Part shown: positions 26,201 through 38,168 of the stretch, one piece after another
Layout: every line of letters begins with the position of its first letter
Position numbering within the stretch: position 1 is the first letter of the stretch
Assembly (NCBI GenBank): GCA_028534125.1
Contig: CM052818.1
Coordinates: 21,454,001-21,518,000, forward strand
DNA length: 64,000 nucleotides
Source of the DNA: Lama glama
Taxonomy: Eukaryota
Direction: 5' to 3'
Position numbers and translations under genes: made by a program
The notes under the pieces: model-generated
What the model saw: the letters and a program-made list of their open reading frames with translations, nothing else
Database searches by the model: none
Told to the model about the DNA's origin: nothing

Positions 26201-26532
26201 GCCTAGAACCTTATAACAGGCTTTCCACAGTCATGAGTTAAATCACTGTAAATACCCTCTCCAGGCCCAACATGATACCGGGGAATGCACAATCAATTTT
26301 GAAAACTTAAAAAATTGGTTACTTTGGAAGAACGGAACTTACTTCATGAATAACTTTCTTCTGTAAGCCTCACCAATTCTAGAGCCACCCCTGACTACCA
26401 TGTGCTTAATAATTCAACTTAATAGGGGTAAAGCTTGGACAATCATAGGGAACAAAAAGTAAACATATCTCTTACATCCATGCATTTACAGACTGGAGTA
26501 CACACACGCCATCAGGGGTACATGGGTACACA

Positions 26533-26608
26533 GTGGTGTGCCAGGGCCAAACAGGGTACATGAGAATCATGTGGCACCACAGAGCCAAACAGGGTACATG
26601 AGAATCAA
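26533..26608. repeat. 38-bp period tandem duplication with a 24-bp identical core
   Basis: gccaaacagggtacatgagaatca at 26546-26569 and 26584-26607. Confidence 0.9.
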
Positions 26609-26832
26609 ACTTAATCAAAGACTGTGGCAAGAGACACCATTATCTTATATAAAAACAGAGTATGGAGAAGAATGCAACATTGTGTGAATTTTAAAACTAC
26701 AACCTAAGATCTTAAAGAAATGTAGAGTTTGCTGTGCTATTTTGAACTCTGACTCTTAAAGGTACAAGTTCATTTCCTTTCTTTGATTAGTAGAAATGCT
26801 TGAGAATCCACCATTGTCACACATTCTGTTAC

Positions 26833-27201
26833 GTTAATCTTGTAACCTGCTACCTTGCTGAATTCTTCGATTATTTCTAGTAGTTTTTGTGTGGACCTTT
26901 TAGTATCATGTCATCTGCATATAGTGACACTTTTACCTCTTCTTTTCCAATTTGAATCCATTTTGGCTCTCGCTTGCCTCATTGCTGTGGTTGGGCCTTC
27001 CAAGACTAGGTTGAATAGGAGTGGTGATGGTGGGCAGCATTGTCTTGTCCTAGATTTTAGTGGGAAGCTTTTGAGTTTTTCACCGTTGAGTACTATGTTG
27101 GCTGTACGTTTATCATATACAGCTTTTATTATGTTGAGATATGTTCCCTCTATACCCACTTTGGTGAGAGTTTTTATCATAAATGGATGTTGAATTTTAT
27201 T
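26833..27201 (-). mobile_element. Internal LINE-1 ORF2 RT-domain fragment with TSD and no poly-A
   Basis: ORF 26911..27180(-) [58 protein letters not shown]; shifted frame SLYADDMIL (YADD at 26910-26921); perfect 12-bp direct repeat acattctgttac at 26821-26832 and 27202-27213. Confidence 0.95.
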
Positions 27202-29789
27202 ACATTCTGTTACTGAGATAAGATTTTTTTTCTGTCCTAAGAATCTACAAAGTAGTAAGCATGTAGCTGGTGAAGACAGATTCTGAACAACAGAACTGCC
27301 TTGCTTTCCTGTTTTAATGAAGTGGTGACCTACCTTCAGAAGTGGCCTCAGGAAAATCTGCAGTCAGAGGCACGACTTGTTCAGAAAAAGCTCCATGTTC
27401 ATCTGGTAATGCGCTTAAGGACCTAGTTGAATTCTAAACTTATGCAACATAAAGCATGGAAGGCCCGATCTTAGCCAGAAATATCTCAAGCACATGTAAC
27501 CAAATTTCTTCAGTTCTTTAATGTACGAGAAGGCTCAAAATGTAAAAGGGGTCTGGAACTTCCTCTAAAACCCCACTCAGAGAGAGGATGGTCTTCAAAT
27601 AGCTCTCACACAGATTGGATTTGGGGTGGGACTGCACCCTCATCAGTACATTAGAATAAATTAGAAATTGTCTACTTCTTCACATATCTGAAAGAGTTAA
27701 CTTGTTAAACATATTAATGTTACCCATCTGGATGTCAAAAATCAATCATTTTAGTTTTATGGGTCTGACAACAGCTAGCCAAAAGGTTTTACTTGCTTCT
27801 TGAGGGCATTTGTGGCATTGCTATGTAAGAGGATGCTTACCCTCCTGCTTGCAGTAACAGAAGAGTATTTATCCAGTGCATCTGAAAGCTGTCAAATTGT
27901 CTGAATATGAGTGTGTGTTGTATCACTTAAAAGAGGAGCTTTTTCTGTCAGAAAGTCAGTTCTGCCCACACTGATTCTTGTAATTTTTTTTTTTCTTATT
28001 TTGGGAGTAATGGTGAGGGGATGGGAGGCATGTTTCTGGCAAAAAAAAAAAAAAACCCAAAAGCAAACAAACAAAAACAACAACAAAAAAGGCCTTTTCT
28101 GGAGGCCTTCTTTAGTGTTATAACTGAAGGGATAATGGATTTCAGAGAGAGCTCAGTGAAACTCAGAGGGACTCTTCACGGTGGAATGGAAGAGGGAGGA
28201 GTCCATCTAGGTCTCAACAGCGACTTGTGTTTCTGTTATTCATTTCACTGCAGTGATGCAGCTTGTGAGCAACAATGCCCCAGAATTTACCTGTATTATC
28301 CATTCTTACTTCGTATCCATTCCTATTAAGCAGAGGCTTCCTAGAGACACCTAAAGAGGAACTATTGCTTTTGCTTGGTTTTTTTGTTTGTTTCAGAAGA
28401 AAAATGTTTGAGAAAAATTGAAATATCTCAGAGTCTACACTCATCGTACAATCTTACTTATAAGCCACAGACTTCCAAACATATGTTTAGAAGTACCACT
28501 GTTTTGGCATAGCTTTTTTTTTTTTTTTAAGAAAGAACTACTAATTCCTTTTGAGAAAAATTTCTCATAGGACAGACATGTATTGTCTTACGAATGAATG
28601 AATAATTTAGTAAAACACGTTCACCACTTCCATCACAGCCTCACTTAAAGATAAACGAAATATTTCCAATAAATAACATTCTCTTATTTTCTTCAAGCAA
28701 AAACCACTTGTAGGCAACTTGAAATCATTTTCACAATCATACTTCTCTAATGCTGTTGAAAGAACTCATTTCATAAAACATAATCTTCAGCGTTTGGCTC
28801 ATGCTCTGAACTCTTTTTCACTCGTTATAGATTATTTTCTCCATAATATCACTTAAAAGAAACTAATGTTTTGTCTGACCTACCCCCCTCACCCACATAA
28901 ATCAACAAAACTGAAATGGAAAGCCTTCTGACCTATTTCTAATTTCATGTCTCTTTTAGTTAGCACACACAAAAAATTGTACCAGAAGAGGCTGATGTTT
29001 GCTACATGATAAATGAGGCAGGCTGGCTTCTCCAGATTCCAAGGCCATTAAATTAAATATAAAAATATAAAGGTTATTGCAGACTTTATCATGAAAATCA
29101 TAATGTCATCAAGTTGAACAAGCTTGGTACGCACTGCCTCTCTCCCCGGCCTCCCCTCGTGTCTGCCCTCCTCCTAATTGGATAGTGCTCGCTGCTCTTA
29201 TATCCCATCGCCTGCAAAACTGGAGAAGACTCCGTGCTCTTTACTTTAAATACTCTTCTAGAGTGGCCTTGCCTGAACAATTATATTCTCATTTGGGTAT
29301 AGATAATGCAAAACTTATTTAGCAGATAAGTTCAGATTGTTGAAAAGCACCTGTAACGTGTCACTTTCATGTAATTAAAAAGATACCACCTTATTGTTTA
29401 TATAATCAGCCTGGAAATGGGTAAAATCAGGGGGGAAAAAGATTAGTGCATGGTCCAATGACATTTTGCCTTCAGCAAGAAACTGCCTCATGTCAACCAG
29501 CCAAACAAAGCATCAGCTTTTGAAAATAATGAAAGGAATCCAATCAGCATAATTTATTACTGTTATTAAGAGAACACCACCATTTTAAGCATTTAATTAT
29601 TTGAAAACTACCTAAAACTATGGGCTTGGGAGATTATCATTTGCAACTATATCAATGCAGAATAAAAAATGTGTTCAGTAAGAAGAATCAAAATTAAGTA
29701 CAAAGTCTCCAAGGACATTTTAGTCTCTTAAAGAATTTCAAAGTCTATATGAAAGTTTTCTTTTTGACACCTAAAAATTCATTTTTCCA

Positions 29790-30260
29790 CCTTGACAACA
29801 GTATATCTTAAATTCAGCCATTGTGCTCAAAATCCATTCTAAGAATATCATTGAACATGTGAGTCAAGATGTATAAATAAGGAAGTTCACCACAAAATCA
29901 TCCATAGTAGTGAAAAATGGGAAATTATCTAAATATCCAAAACCAAGGAATTAGTTAAGCAATTTTTATGGTACCCTTACATAGTGGAATACTATGCAAC
30001 CATTAAGAATGGTTTTTAGAAATATTTATTGACATTGAGAAATATGCACAAGATATGAAAAAAAGTCAAGTTTAAAACAGTGTGTAGTATATGACCCCAT
30101 GAACATGCATAGAGAAAAGGTCTAGAAGGGTATACAATTAATAGTTAACAGTTAATCTTTGATTCTTGGGGTTAATAACTGTTTTATTCTTCTTTATGAT
30201 TACCTTTATTTTCTAATTTTTCTACAATAAACACGTATTAAGGAATGCAAAAAAATTTTT
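29790..30260 (+). mobile_element. Old L1 (L1ME-type) 3' end
   Basis: gtgaaaaatgggaaattatctaaatatccaa...tggaatactatgcaaccattaagaat...tatttattgacattga...ttttctacaataaacacgtatta. Confidence 0.75.
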
Positions 30261-31000
30261 TAAAGCAATATAAATCAATTTGCTTTCATGTAGAGATTGA
30301 TGAATTACAGAATTCTAAACCTAAATATTCTTTAAAATTACAAAAAGTTTCCCCCGCAACTGGAATTGGAAATGTAATCTGATATTTGAGATTCACCTTG
30401 GAAATTTATATTAATTATATCCGAACCTGAACATCTCAGGCTAAGATCATAAAATGTTCAACAGACATTTCATTTGTAAGTGACAGGGCACTAGTTTTCT
30501 CTGGTAAATTATGACATCCACAAACAGCTACTTAAATTCATTCTAATTTGTAGCTGAACTGTTTGTCCACAGTCAATTAAAATATGTGGCAAAATCAAGA
30601 AACTTTTGATTCAAGGAAAGACTTCAATATTTTTCATAAATGGGCTTGATAATGCCAGAAACAAGAGAATATGCCTCATCCTTAAAAAATGAGAGTTTTC
30701 ATTTTATTCCTTCATTCGACAAATTTTGATTGATTCCAACTGTGTCAGGTTTGTTCTAGGCACCTGGAGATCTTTTCAATTCTTGTTTTAGATCAGCCTT
30801 TAAAACAAATAAAAATAACTCCAAATAATTGTAATTTTCCTATAATATCTATAACCCCCAAAGATGAACTTATACAAAAGAGGGATAAAATTTTTCTTTA
30901 ATCTTGTTTACCTGTCACTAATACATCATCTTCCTCCCAGCAATGCACTCTAAGCCACTCCTTTTCTGCATACCTTCTCCATGACTCCACTTGGAATCTG

Positions 31001-31162
31001 GAGTATAATAGAAATAGGCTCTAAACACCTGAATTCTAGTCTAGTCTCTGCTACAAATGTTCTGGGTGATCAAAGACAAGTTACTTTACTCCTCTGGATT
31101 CAAGTGTCCCTATCAACAAGATAAAATTATCTCTCATGCTCCTTTCAATTCTTAAAGTCTGG
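31001..31162 (+). mobile_element. MIR3-type SINE
   Basis: acctgaattctagtctagtctctgctac...acaagttacttta...tatctctcatgctcctttcaattcttaaagtct. Confidence 0.6.
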
Positions 31163-32839
31163 GGTTCCCTTTTAGTTGATTTCTATAGCAAATGGCACTT
31201 CTGCTTACTGCTCCTTACTGTTGTGACTTTCTCCTGACTTATCTGGTTGAAATGATGATGAACAGTACTTAGTCAGCCAACAGCACTTGTTCCGCACCCA
31301 CTCTGTGAAGAGCAGCTCTCTGGGCCAGTTGAAGAGGACATAAAAGGCAGAGAAGATGCTCCCTACTTTAAAGGAGCTCATGAGCAGGCTGAAGTGACAA
31401 ATAATACTTCCACGAGATGACTAGAGGACTATTATGAGGCAAGGATCAATGAGCCCAAGATTGTACATTAGGAACTAGCCAAGGTGCCCTGTGAGGAATC
31501 AGAATATGCCAATGCCAAGTGACCAGATCTGACCAAAATGTGCACTGAATAAGTTTAAAGAGAGGGTTCAATACAGGTAGTAGAAATGGTTTGGCAGAAC
31601 CATTGAGACATTTCGAGTATTTTCTCTGCTACTAAGAAGCAAAGCAGGCAACCGGCCAGATGGCAAAGGAGGAGAAGCATATGGCCCGGATAATCCACAC
31701 TTCGGACAATCGGCCCCTGAATAACTGAGGGCAGGCTGCGTTTCACTAGGGAGCCAGTAGATGTCAATTGTCAGCACTGCTTTGCATGGATCCCCATTGT
31801 CTAGTCTTTACTTTGGAGACAGGGATTAACGTCTTTCCATCATTACTCCCACACCCACGCCATCAGACTCCTTTTCTCCTAAAAGCTATAAATTGGTTGT
31901 TTTGTGCTGTCTACGTGCACATTGTATGCATGCATGCAAGTGTGTGTGTGTGTGTATTCCTTGGGGAGGCGGTGAGAGGCACTACCACTGACTTTAATCT
32001 TCAGGTAGTGAATTCAGACTAGTGGATGCAAAGCCTAGTCAACCATAGAGGCATAATCTAATCAAGCCTGGGCAGTGGACAGCCCAAAGGGGTTGTCATC
32101 CCTGGTTATTTCTCACACCCCCAAAGAGAGTCGGCCGCCTGTGTTCCCTCAGGGACAGTGGGCAGCCCAGCAGCAAGCCAGGGAATACGCTAGGTACATC
32201 TCACCAGGGACAAGGAGCACAGCAAATGATCATGTTTTTACAGTTCTTATAAACTCAGCCTCCGAAAAGGGAGAAGCAACTCCTCTCTATAAGAATGCAA
32301 ATAAAGAGATTGCTAGAACAGTGTCAACTGCATTGATCACCTGGCATGAAATCCACACTATTAAGTCATAACTACAAAGTCAGAAGAGATCAATTGTCAT
32401 AGTGAAAGGAAAACTATTTTTTCTCCAGCCTAAGGGTAAGTTATTTTCTTTGAAAGTATGGCTTTTAAATCAGCCACAAAACCAAAACTGAAGTGAATGA
32501 TGAGACAGGATTAAAATAATTACTCCACCAGTCAAAAACATCGCCATTAATCATGCAATGCACATATACTGTGTTAAAAAGCTTTCTTCAAATGTCACTT
32601 TTTCCTATCAAAGTACTCCTACCACTTAGTACAAGACTTATTTATGAAAGAAAAACATCTCGTGTGATTTACAATACTGCTGTGAGCAAAAATTTTTTTT
32701 TCCCAGAAAGCTCATTAAGTTCTCCTTACCTCTTAATGGTTGCATTAACATATGAGAAGTACAGGAGGATTTTACACCAAACAGTAAATTGAATATGCTC
32801 TAAAAATCTTTCAAATGACAAGAAAGTTTGGGAAATGAT

Positions 32840-34030
32840 GGAAAAATGACTCATAATCATATCACCTTAACACAACTCCATGCTCCCTAACACCTGCACA
32901 CTCGACTATGTCATCGTTGCTCTGCGTGCTTTTCAACTTTACATTATTGCAATCACATATGGCACTTTACAGAACATGTAGCTTTAAAACATAAGTATTT
33001 CTTCACATTGCCACAGGTCTTCATTATAATACTTTTTTTTTTATAATACTTTTTAATGGCTGCATATTCCAACAAAAAGATGCATCAGAATTCAGCCATC
33101 CATTCCTCTACTGTCAGACAACTAGACTGCACCTAAGTTTCACTATTACAAAGGATTCTGCAATTAATAAACATCTGCTGAAAGTTAATTAATAACTTCA
33201 TGAGCACAGTTTTTTTTTCTTTGGGACTATTCACTTAGACTAAATTTCCAGAAATATTAATTGTATAAGCATTTTTGTAACTCTGGATGTATTTGCCAAA
33301 TGCTTTTCAAAGGGACTGTATCAATTTATATCACTATCATCAATGCAATAATTTATCAGTTACACTACAGTTTAAATTGCACTTTTTAATTATTACTATA
33401 TATTTTCCCATATGTTTGTTTAACAAACATGGTGTTTTAATGTATTGTCTGGCAACATCCTTTGACCGTCTGTCTACTGGGGTCTCAATAGTTAGTTACA
33501 CGAACCTTTTATGTTCCATAGTATTTATGTTTATTGCCTGAATTATTTTTTGTACCATTTCCCCACAGAGTTTTTCTTGCACAAAAAGCTTTAATTTCTA
33601 TATAGTTAGAACTAGTGGATCTTTTCTTTTATGATTTCTACTATCTTTTTGTTTGTTTGTTTTCAACTTGTTGCAAGCTTTAATATTCACAGAACTAAAT
33701 GCAGAACTTATCCTGGTATTTGTACTCAAAACATACACATCGATGTTTTATTCATATTTCTACTCCTTTTATAAAGAGCAGGGTTTGAAAAATTTGTCTA
33801 GGGGCAGTATTAATGAAGGTTTATCTCATTTGGTTCTGAGTATAACCATACAAATAGTTAAAAGACCAGGTTCTTTGTTTTTCTGTAGTTCTGTGACCTC
33901 TGCTTAACTTTTAAAATATACTTATTTGTACATTTTTTCAGCATATGTTATTAGGTATGGATTAAAAATAATTTTCCATAAATTTGTAACAAGTTATCTG
34001 AATACTATTTATCAAATAATCTTTCATATT
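32840..34030 (-). mobile_element. Old L1 (L1ME-type), antisense and degraded
   Basis: ttttaatggctgcatattcc, cattcctctactg, tatttgccaaatgcttttcaaagggactgtatcaatttata, tttttcccatatgtttgtt. Confidence 0.65.
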
Positions 34031-34294
34031 GCTACAGTTTTATAGTTAAACAGGAATTATTTTTTAAATAATTAGGAATTATTTTTAATTTTTTCCTAAA
34101 TTATTTTAGGAAAATTAGGAATTATTTTAACTACAAAACTGGAGCAAACTAGGAATAAAATAATTAAAATAAAATTAGACTTTAACTAGAAATAAAAATA
34201 AAGCTTTTAAAAGTTCTCTATAAAATCTAGGTATAAAGAAATATAATTTGGAAATAGAGAATTTCTTATTTATATCCCAAGTGCAAAGTAATGG

Positions 34295-34746
34295 TGTTAT
34301 GAATTGTATTATACCTGCCCTACCAAAAAAAAAAAAGACATGCTTAAGTCTGAACTCCCAGTACTTTACAATGTGACCTTATTTAGAATTGGAGTCATTA
34401 CAGATGTAATTAGTTAGGTTAAATGGTCATACTGGAGTAAGGTGGGTCCCTAATCCAATATGACGGCCATGTGAAGACAGAGAGAGACAAGGAGAACATT
34501 ATGTGAGGACAGAGGCAGAGACTGGAGTTATGCAGTGAAGCATAACCAAGGAATGCCAAAGATTGCTGGCAAACCAGCAGAAGCTGGGAAGAGGCAAGGA
34601 AGCGTCCCCCTACAGGTTTTAGAACAGCGTCTGCTGACACTCTGATTTGGGATTCTAGCCTCCAGTACTGCAAGACAATACATTTCTGTTGTTTCAAGCA
34701 ATCCAGTCTGTGGTACTTGTTATAGGAGCTCTGGTAAATGAATACA
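34295..34746 (+). mobile_element. MLT1C-type MaLR solo LTR
   Basis: TG...CA ends (tgttatgaattg...aatgaataca); aatgtgaccttattt, cagaggcagagactggagttatgca, ccaaggaatgccaaagattgctggcaaaccagcagaagct; 5-bp TSD aatgg (34290-34294)/agtgg (34747-34751). Confidence 0.9.
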
Positions 34747-34824
34747 AGTGGCAAAGAGCGTAAAAAGTAAGACCAAATTATTGCCCGCTAATGAAAAAGT
34801 TGTATTTCTTGCTCTGGCAGACAC

Positions 34825-35170
34825 TGTAGATTGGCCAATTCCATTCACACTCTCCTTTTTCCTTACCTTCCTCGTCCAGAATAATTTTTCTGCCTCCCTC
34901 ACAACTCATGGTGGTTGTGTGGACTTTATTTTATAATAAGAGATAAATGGAAGAATTGGGGGAAGGACTTTCTTTCCTTATAGAATTACGAAGCCTTACA
35001 AGGAGACGGCCTTGACTGAAGGTACAGGTACCCTTTTGACACCGAGAATGAAAGCCATGTGATAAGGACAGTGGAGCAGGAAGACAGATGAAGCCTGTGT
35101 CATTAGCTTCTACATCTCTAACCTGTTCAAATGATAACTTTTTGGATTTCCCATCACTACAACCAAATGT
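34825..35170 (+). mobile_element. Probable old ERVL LTR (LTR16/LTR33-like)
   Basis: ctgcctccctcacaactcatggtggttgtgtg...gagataaatggaag and gaaagccatgtgataaggacagtggagcaggaagacagatgaagcctg resemble these families; very diverged. Confidence 0.45.
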
Positions 35171-35280
35171 TGGGAAAAAGAGAAATCAAACTTATTGTCA
35201 TTTCAGTTTTATAAGCAATCATGGAAAATTTCACACCAAGCATCAAGCAGTATCTCTTTCCATCCTCTGACAAAGGATTT

Positions 35281-35577
35281 CAACCTAGCCAACTTCTGTT
35301 CTCCCTTCAAGCTCCAGGTCAGCTGTTTCTTCTTCTATGAAGCTTTCTCTGGCTCCTCAGACAGATTTCAGTACACTTTTCTGCTTTCTCCATTAATATC
35401 ATTTACATATTTTTTATTTTAACCCTAATCACATCGTATTGCAATTATCTGAACTTCTTTCTCCTTTTGACCCAGGAGCTCCCTGTGCACAGAGCCCCTA
35501 TTTTTTTCATCTTAGTACTACCAGCATGTAGGAGTGAACCTGGAACTTAGTAAATGATTGTTGAATGAACAAAGAAT
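35281..35577 (+). mobile_element. L2 3' end
   Basis: cccttcaagctccaggtc...tatgaagctttctct...gagctccctgtgcacag...tagtaaatgattgttgaatgaac. Confidence 0.75.
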
Positions 35578-35779
35578 AGAGAAAAGTCTCTGAACCTCAA
35601 GGACAGGAAAACTGAAAGGAAATGAAGTCCAAGAGCACCAAGAGCGTGCCAGGTTTTTCATCATCAAACCATTTTTTCCCACCTACTGAAAGGAAAACCT
35701 GACAGATGTACCCCCAGAATCTTTAAAATGTCATCTCACTTATAATAGCATTTTGATTTAGTGGGCTACATGTATATAT

Positions 35780-36238
35780 AATTTTTATTTCGTTGAATAT
35801 TTACTCTGTGCTAGGCTTACACAGACTTGTGCTAAAAGTCTTACATTATCTCATTGAATTCCCCCAACAGCCTTCTGAGGCAGCAGTGGCACTAGATGAA
35901 TTTTTATAAAGAAAAGGTTTATATGGTAGCAATTTGGTTAGAAGTGGATAAATAAAGTACTTGTCTGAAAGCTGTATTCACTTAGCTGGCCCACATTTTT
36001 TCACTTAGATTGTATATTTACTTGGGGTGGTCTAGGGGAGCAAGCTGATGGAGATTGTGGAGGGGGTAGATATGAAACAACTCTAACTCCACCTTGAGAA
36101 TATCATTGCTTGCAAAGATAGGAAAGCTGAGACCTATGAAGGTTAAGGAACACCCCCAAGCTTAGTAAGTGATGGTGCTGGAGTAGACCCAGGCAGTCTG
36201 ACTCACAGCCTTGCTTTGAACTCCTACACATACTGTCT
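35780..36238 (-). mobile_element. MIR SINE split by an approximately 210-bp insert (35884-36096, probable old hAT MITE)
   Basis: MIR antisense tactctgtgctaggc...attatctcattgaattcccccaacagcc resumes after the insert as gataggaaagctgagacc...ggttaag...cccaggcagtctgactc; the insert begins cagtggcactag. Confidence 0.6.
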
Positions 36239-36406
36239 CAAGTAGGTTGACTCCAAACTTTCACAAGTGAGGCTGGAAGATCCCCTTCTAACAAGGGGGC
36301 CGAGCATGACCAAAACAGTGCCACACGTAAAGTACAGTTGTGAACAGCCTTTTAAAACCTGGTGACATTGAAAATGATTCCAGGCTTGCTGTGGCTGGTC
36401 TTTATA

Positions 36407-36703
36407 AATACAATTTTTAATTTTTTATATAATTTGAAAGTTACTTTCCATCCACAGTTATTATAAAATATTGGCTACATTCCCGGTGTTGTACAATATA
36501 TCCCTGAGCCTCTCTTACATCCAATAGTTTGTACCTCCCACTCCCCCACACAAATATTACCCCCGGCCACCACTGGTAACCACTAGTAGTATTTAGATTA
36601 TTTAGATATCATGTATAAGGGATATCATACAGTATTTGTCCTTCTTGTCTGACTTATTTCACTTAGCATAATACCTTTAAGTCCATCCATGTTGCTGCAA
36701 GTC
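36407..36703 (-). mobile_element. Cetartiodactyl-type L1 3' UTR (5'-truncated)
   Basis: ttattataaaatattggctacattcccggtgttgtacaatatatccc...cactggtaaccactag...gtctgacttatttcacttagcataatacc...gtccatccatgttgctgcaa; TSD gtctttata at 36398-36406 and 36704-36712. Confidence 0.85.
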
Positions 36704-37104
36704 GTCTTTATATTTTTAACTTTTTATAATTTCAAAAATGTATCTCATTATTGCACCCATTGGCCCTATTTCTGCAGTTCAGTGTCTTTCAGAACAAATC
36801 TGATCTCTCTCTCAGTGGCCACCCTTCAACTCTTTAAAGGAAGTCATTATGCTCTCCTTGAGATAGGGTTTGCATAAGCAAAATAGCTTAACTTATTCCT
36901 TACATGAGATTTTAAATTAACAAAAGAATCATGCATTTAATCACAAAAAAATAAAGTAATACCGAAGTGTGAGAATATGAAAGTCTCCCCATCACCTAAC
37001 TCCAGTCTCCAATTCTTATTCTTCAAAAATAACAATTGCTGACAATTGGGCTTTGCAGAGATTTTTCTATCAAATTTAACTAGAAACAGAAATATATATG
37101 TATT

Positions 37105-37667
37105 ATATGCACCCCAGTGTTTGCAGCAGCACTATTAACAATAGCCAAGACATGGAAGCAACCTAAATGTCCATCAACAGATGACTGGATTAAGAAATTG
37201 TAGTCTATTTATGCAATGGAATACTACTCAACCATAAAAAATAAAATAATGGCATTTGCAACAACATAGATGGACCTGGAGATTTTCATACTAAGTGAAG
37301 TAAGCCAGAAAGAGAAAGGCAAATATCATATGATATCACTCATACATGGAATCTTAAAAAATGACACAAATGAACTTATTTACAGAATAGAAACAGACTC
37401 ACAGACATAAAACAAACTTACAGTTACCAGGGGGAAGGAGGTGGGGTGGAGGGATAAATTGGGAGCTCAGGATTTGCAGATACTATTATATATAAATAAA
37501 AAACAAGGTCCTACTGTATAGCACAGGGATCCATATTCAATACTTTATAATAGCCTATAATGAAAAAGAATATGAAAAGAAATATATATATGTGTATAAC
37601 TGAATCACTATGCTATATACCAGAAATTAATGTAACATTGTAAACTGACTATACCTCAATAAAAAAA
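37105..37667 (+). mobile_element. Relatively young L1 3' end (ORF2 terminus, 3' UTR, A tail)
   Basis: gcagcactattaacaatagccaagacatggaagcaacctaaatgtccatcaacagatgactggat...ctaagtgaagtaagccagaaagagaaa...aacaaggtcctactgtatagcacaggg...actatacctcaataaaaaaa. Confidence 0.92.
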
Positions 37668-37865
37668 GACTATAATACAATGCTGTTAACTCTGTTAATG
37701 TCAACTATTAATTATACTCTATTAATAGTCTGTTAAAAATCTGTACATGCATATTTTCAAAGACATACAAGTAGATAAGTAGGGGGGAAAAAGCTAAAAG
37801 ACCTTAGGCTTACTTCTGTTTTTGTGAATAAATTGTTTTTCATTAAAAAAAGAAATGCGTATTAC

Positions 37866-37934
37866 ATATGTGTGTGTATGTGTGTCTGTGTATATGAGTG
37901 CATGTATGTGTGTGTATGTATGTATGTGTGTATA
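37866..37934. repeat. Imperfect (TG)/(TATG) microsatellite
   Basis: atatgtgtgtgtatgtgtgtctgtg...gtatgtatgtatgtgtgtat. Confidence 0.85.
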
Positions 37935-37944
37935 CACATTGTCT

Positions 37945-38100
37945 ATGTACATGGGATTATATTTTACACAATGTTCTAAAACTAGCTTTTTTTCACTGAA
38001 CAATATGCCATGGACACCCTTCCATGTCAATACATGCAAGACCTATCTCCCCCTTTTTAACAGCTGCATAGTATGAACATGCTTTCACTTAACTATTTCT
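37945..38100 (-). mobile_element. Old L1 (L1ME-type) antisense fragment; another part probably at about 36915-37100
   Basis: gcttttttcactgaacaatatgccatggacacccttccatgtcaataca...ctttttaacagctgcatagtat. Confidence 0.65.
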
Positions 38101-38168
38101 TCATTCAGGTTGTCTGTTCTCCATGTAGGGAACATTCCTATACAGGCAGTGCTTGCTCTTTTCTCAGA

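Noticed and set aside
22502..26608. Short direct repeats (22502, 23510, 24173, 26546) as a CRISPR-like array
   Set aside because: Each is only two copies, they are unrelated to each other, there are no cas genes, and the context is mammalian
26911..27180. Reverse transcriptase ORF as a functional or novel RT system
   Set aside because: A 369-bp frameshifted fragment of ordinary L1 ORF2; it cannot encode an enzyme
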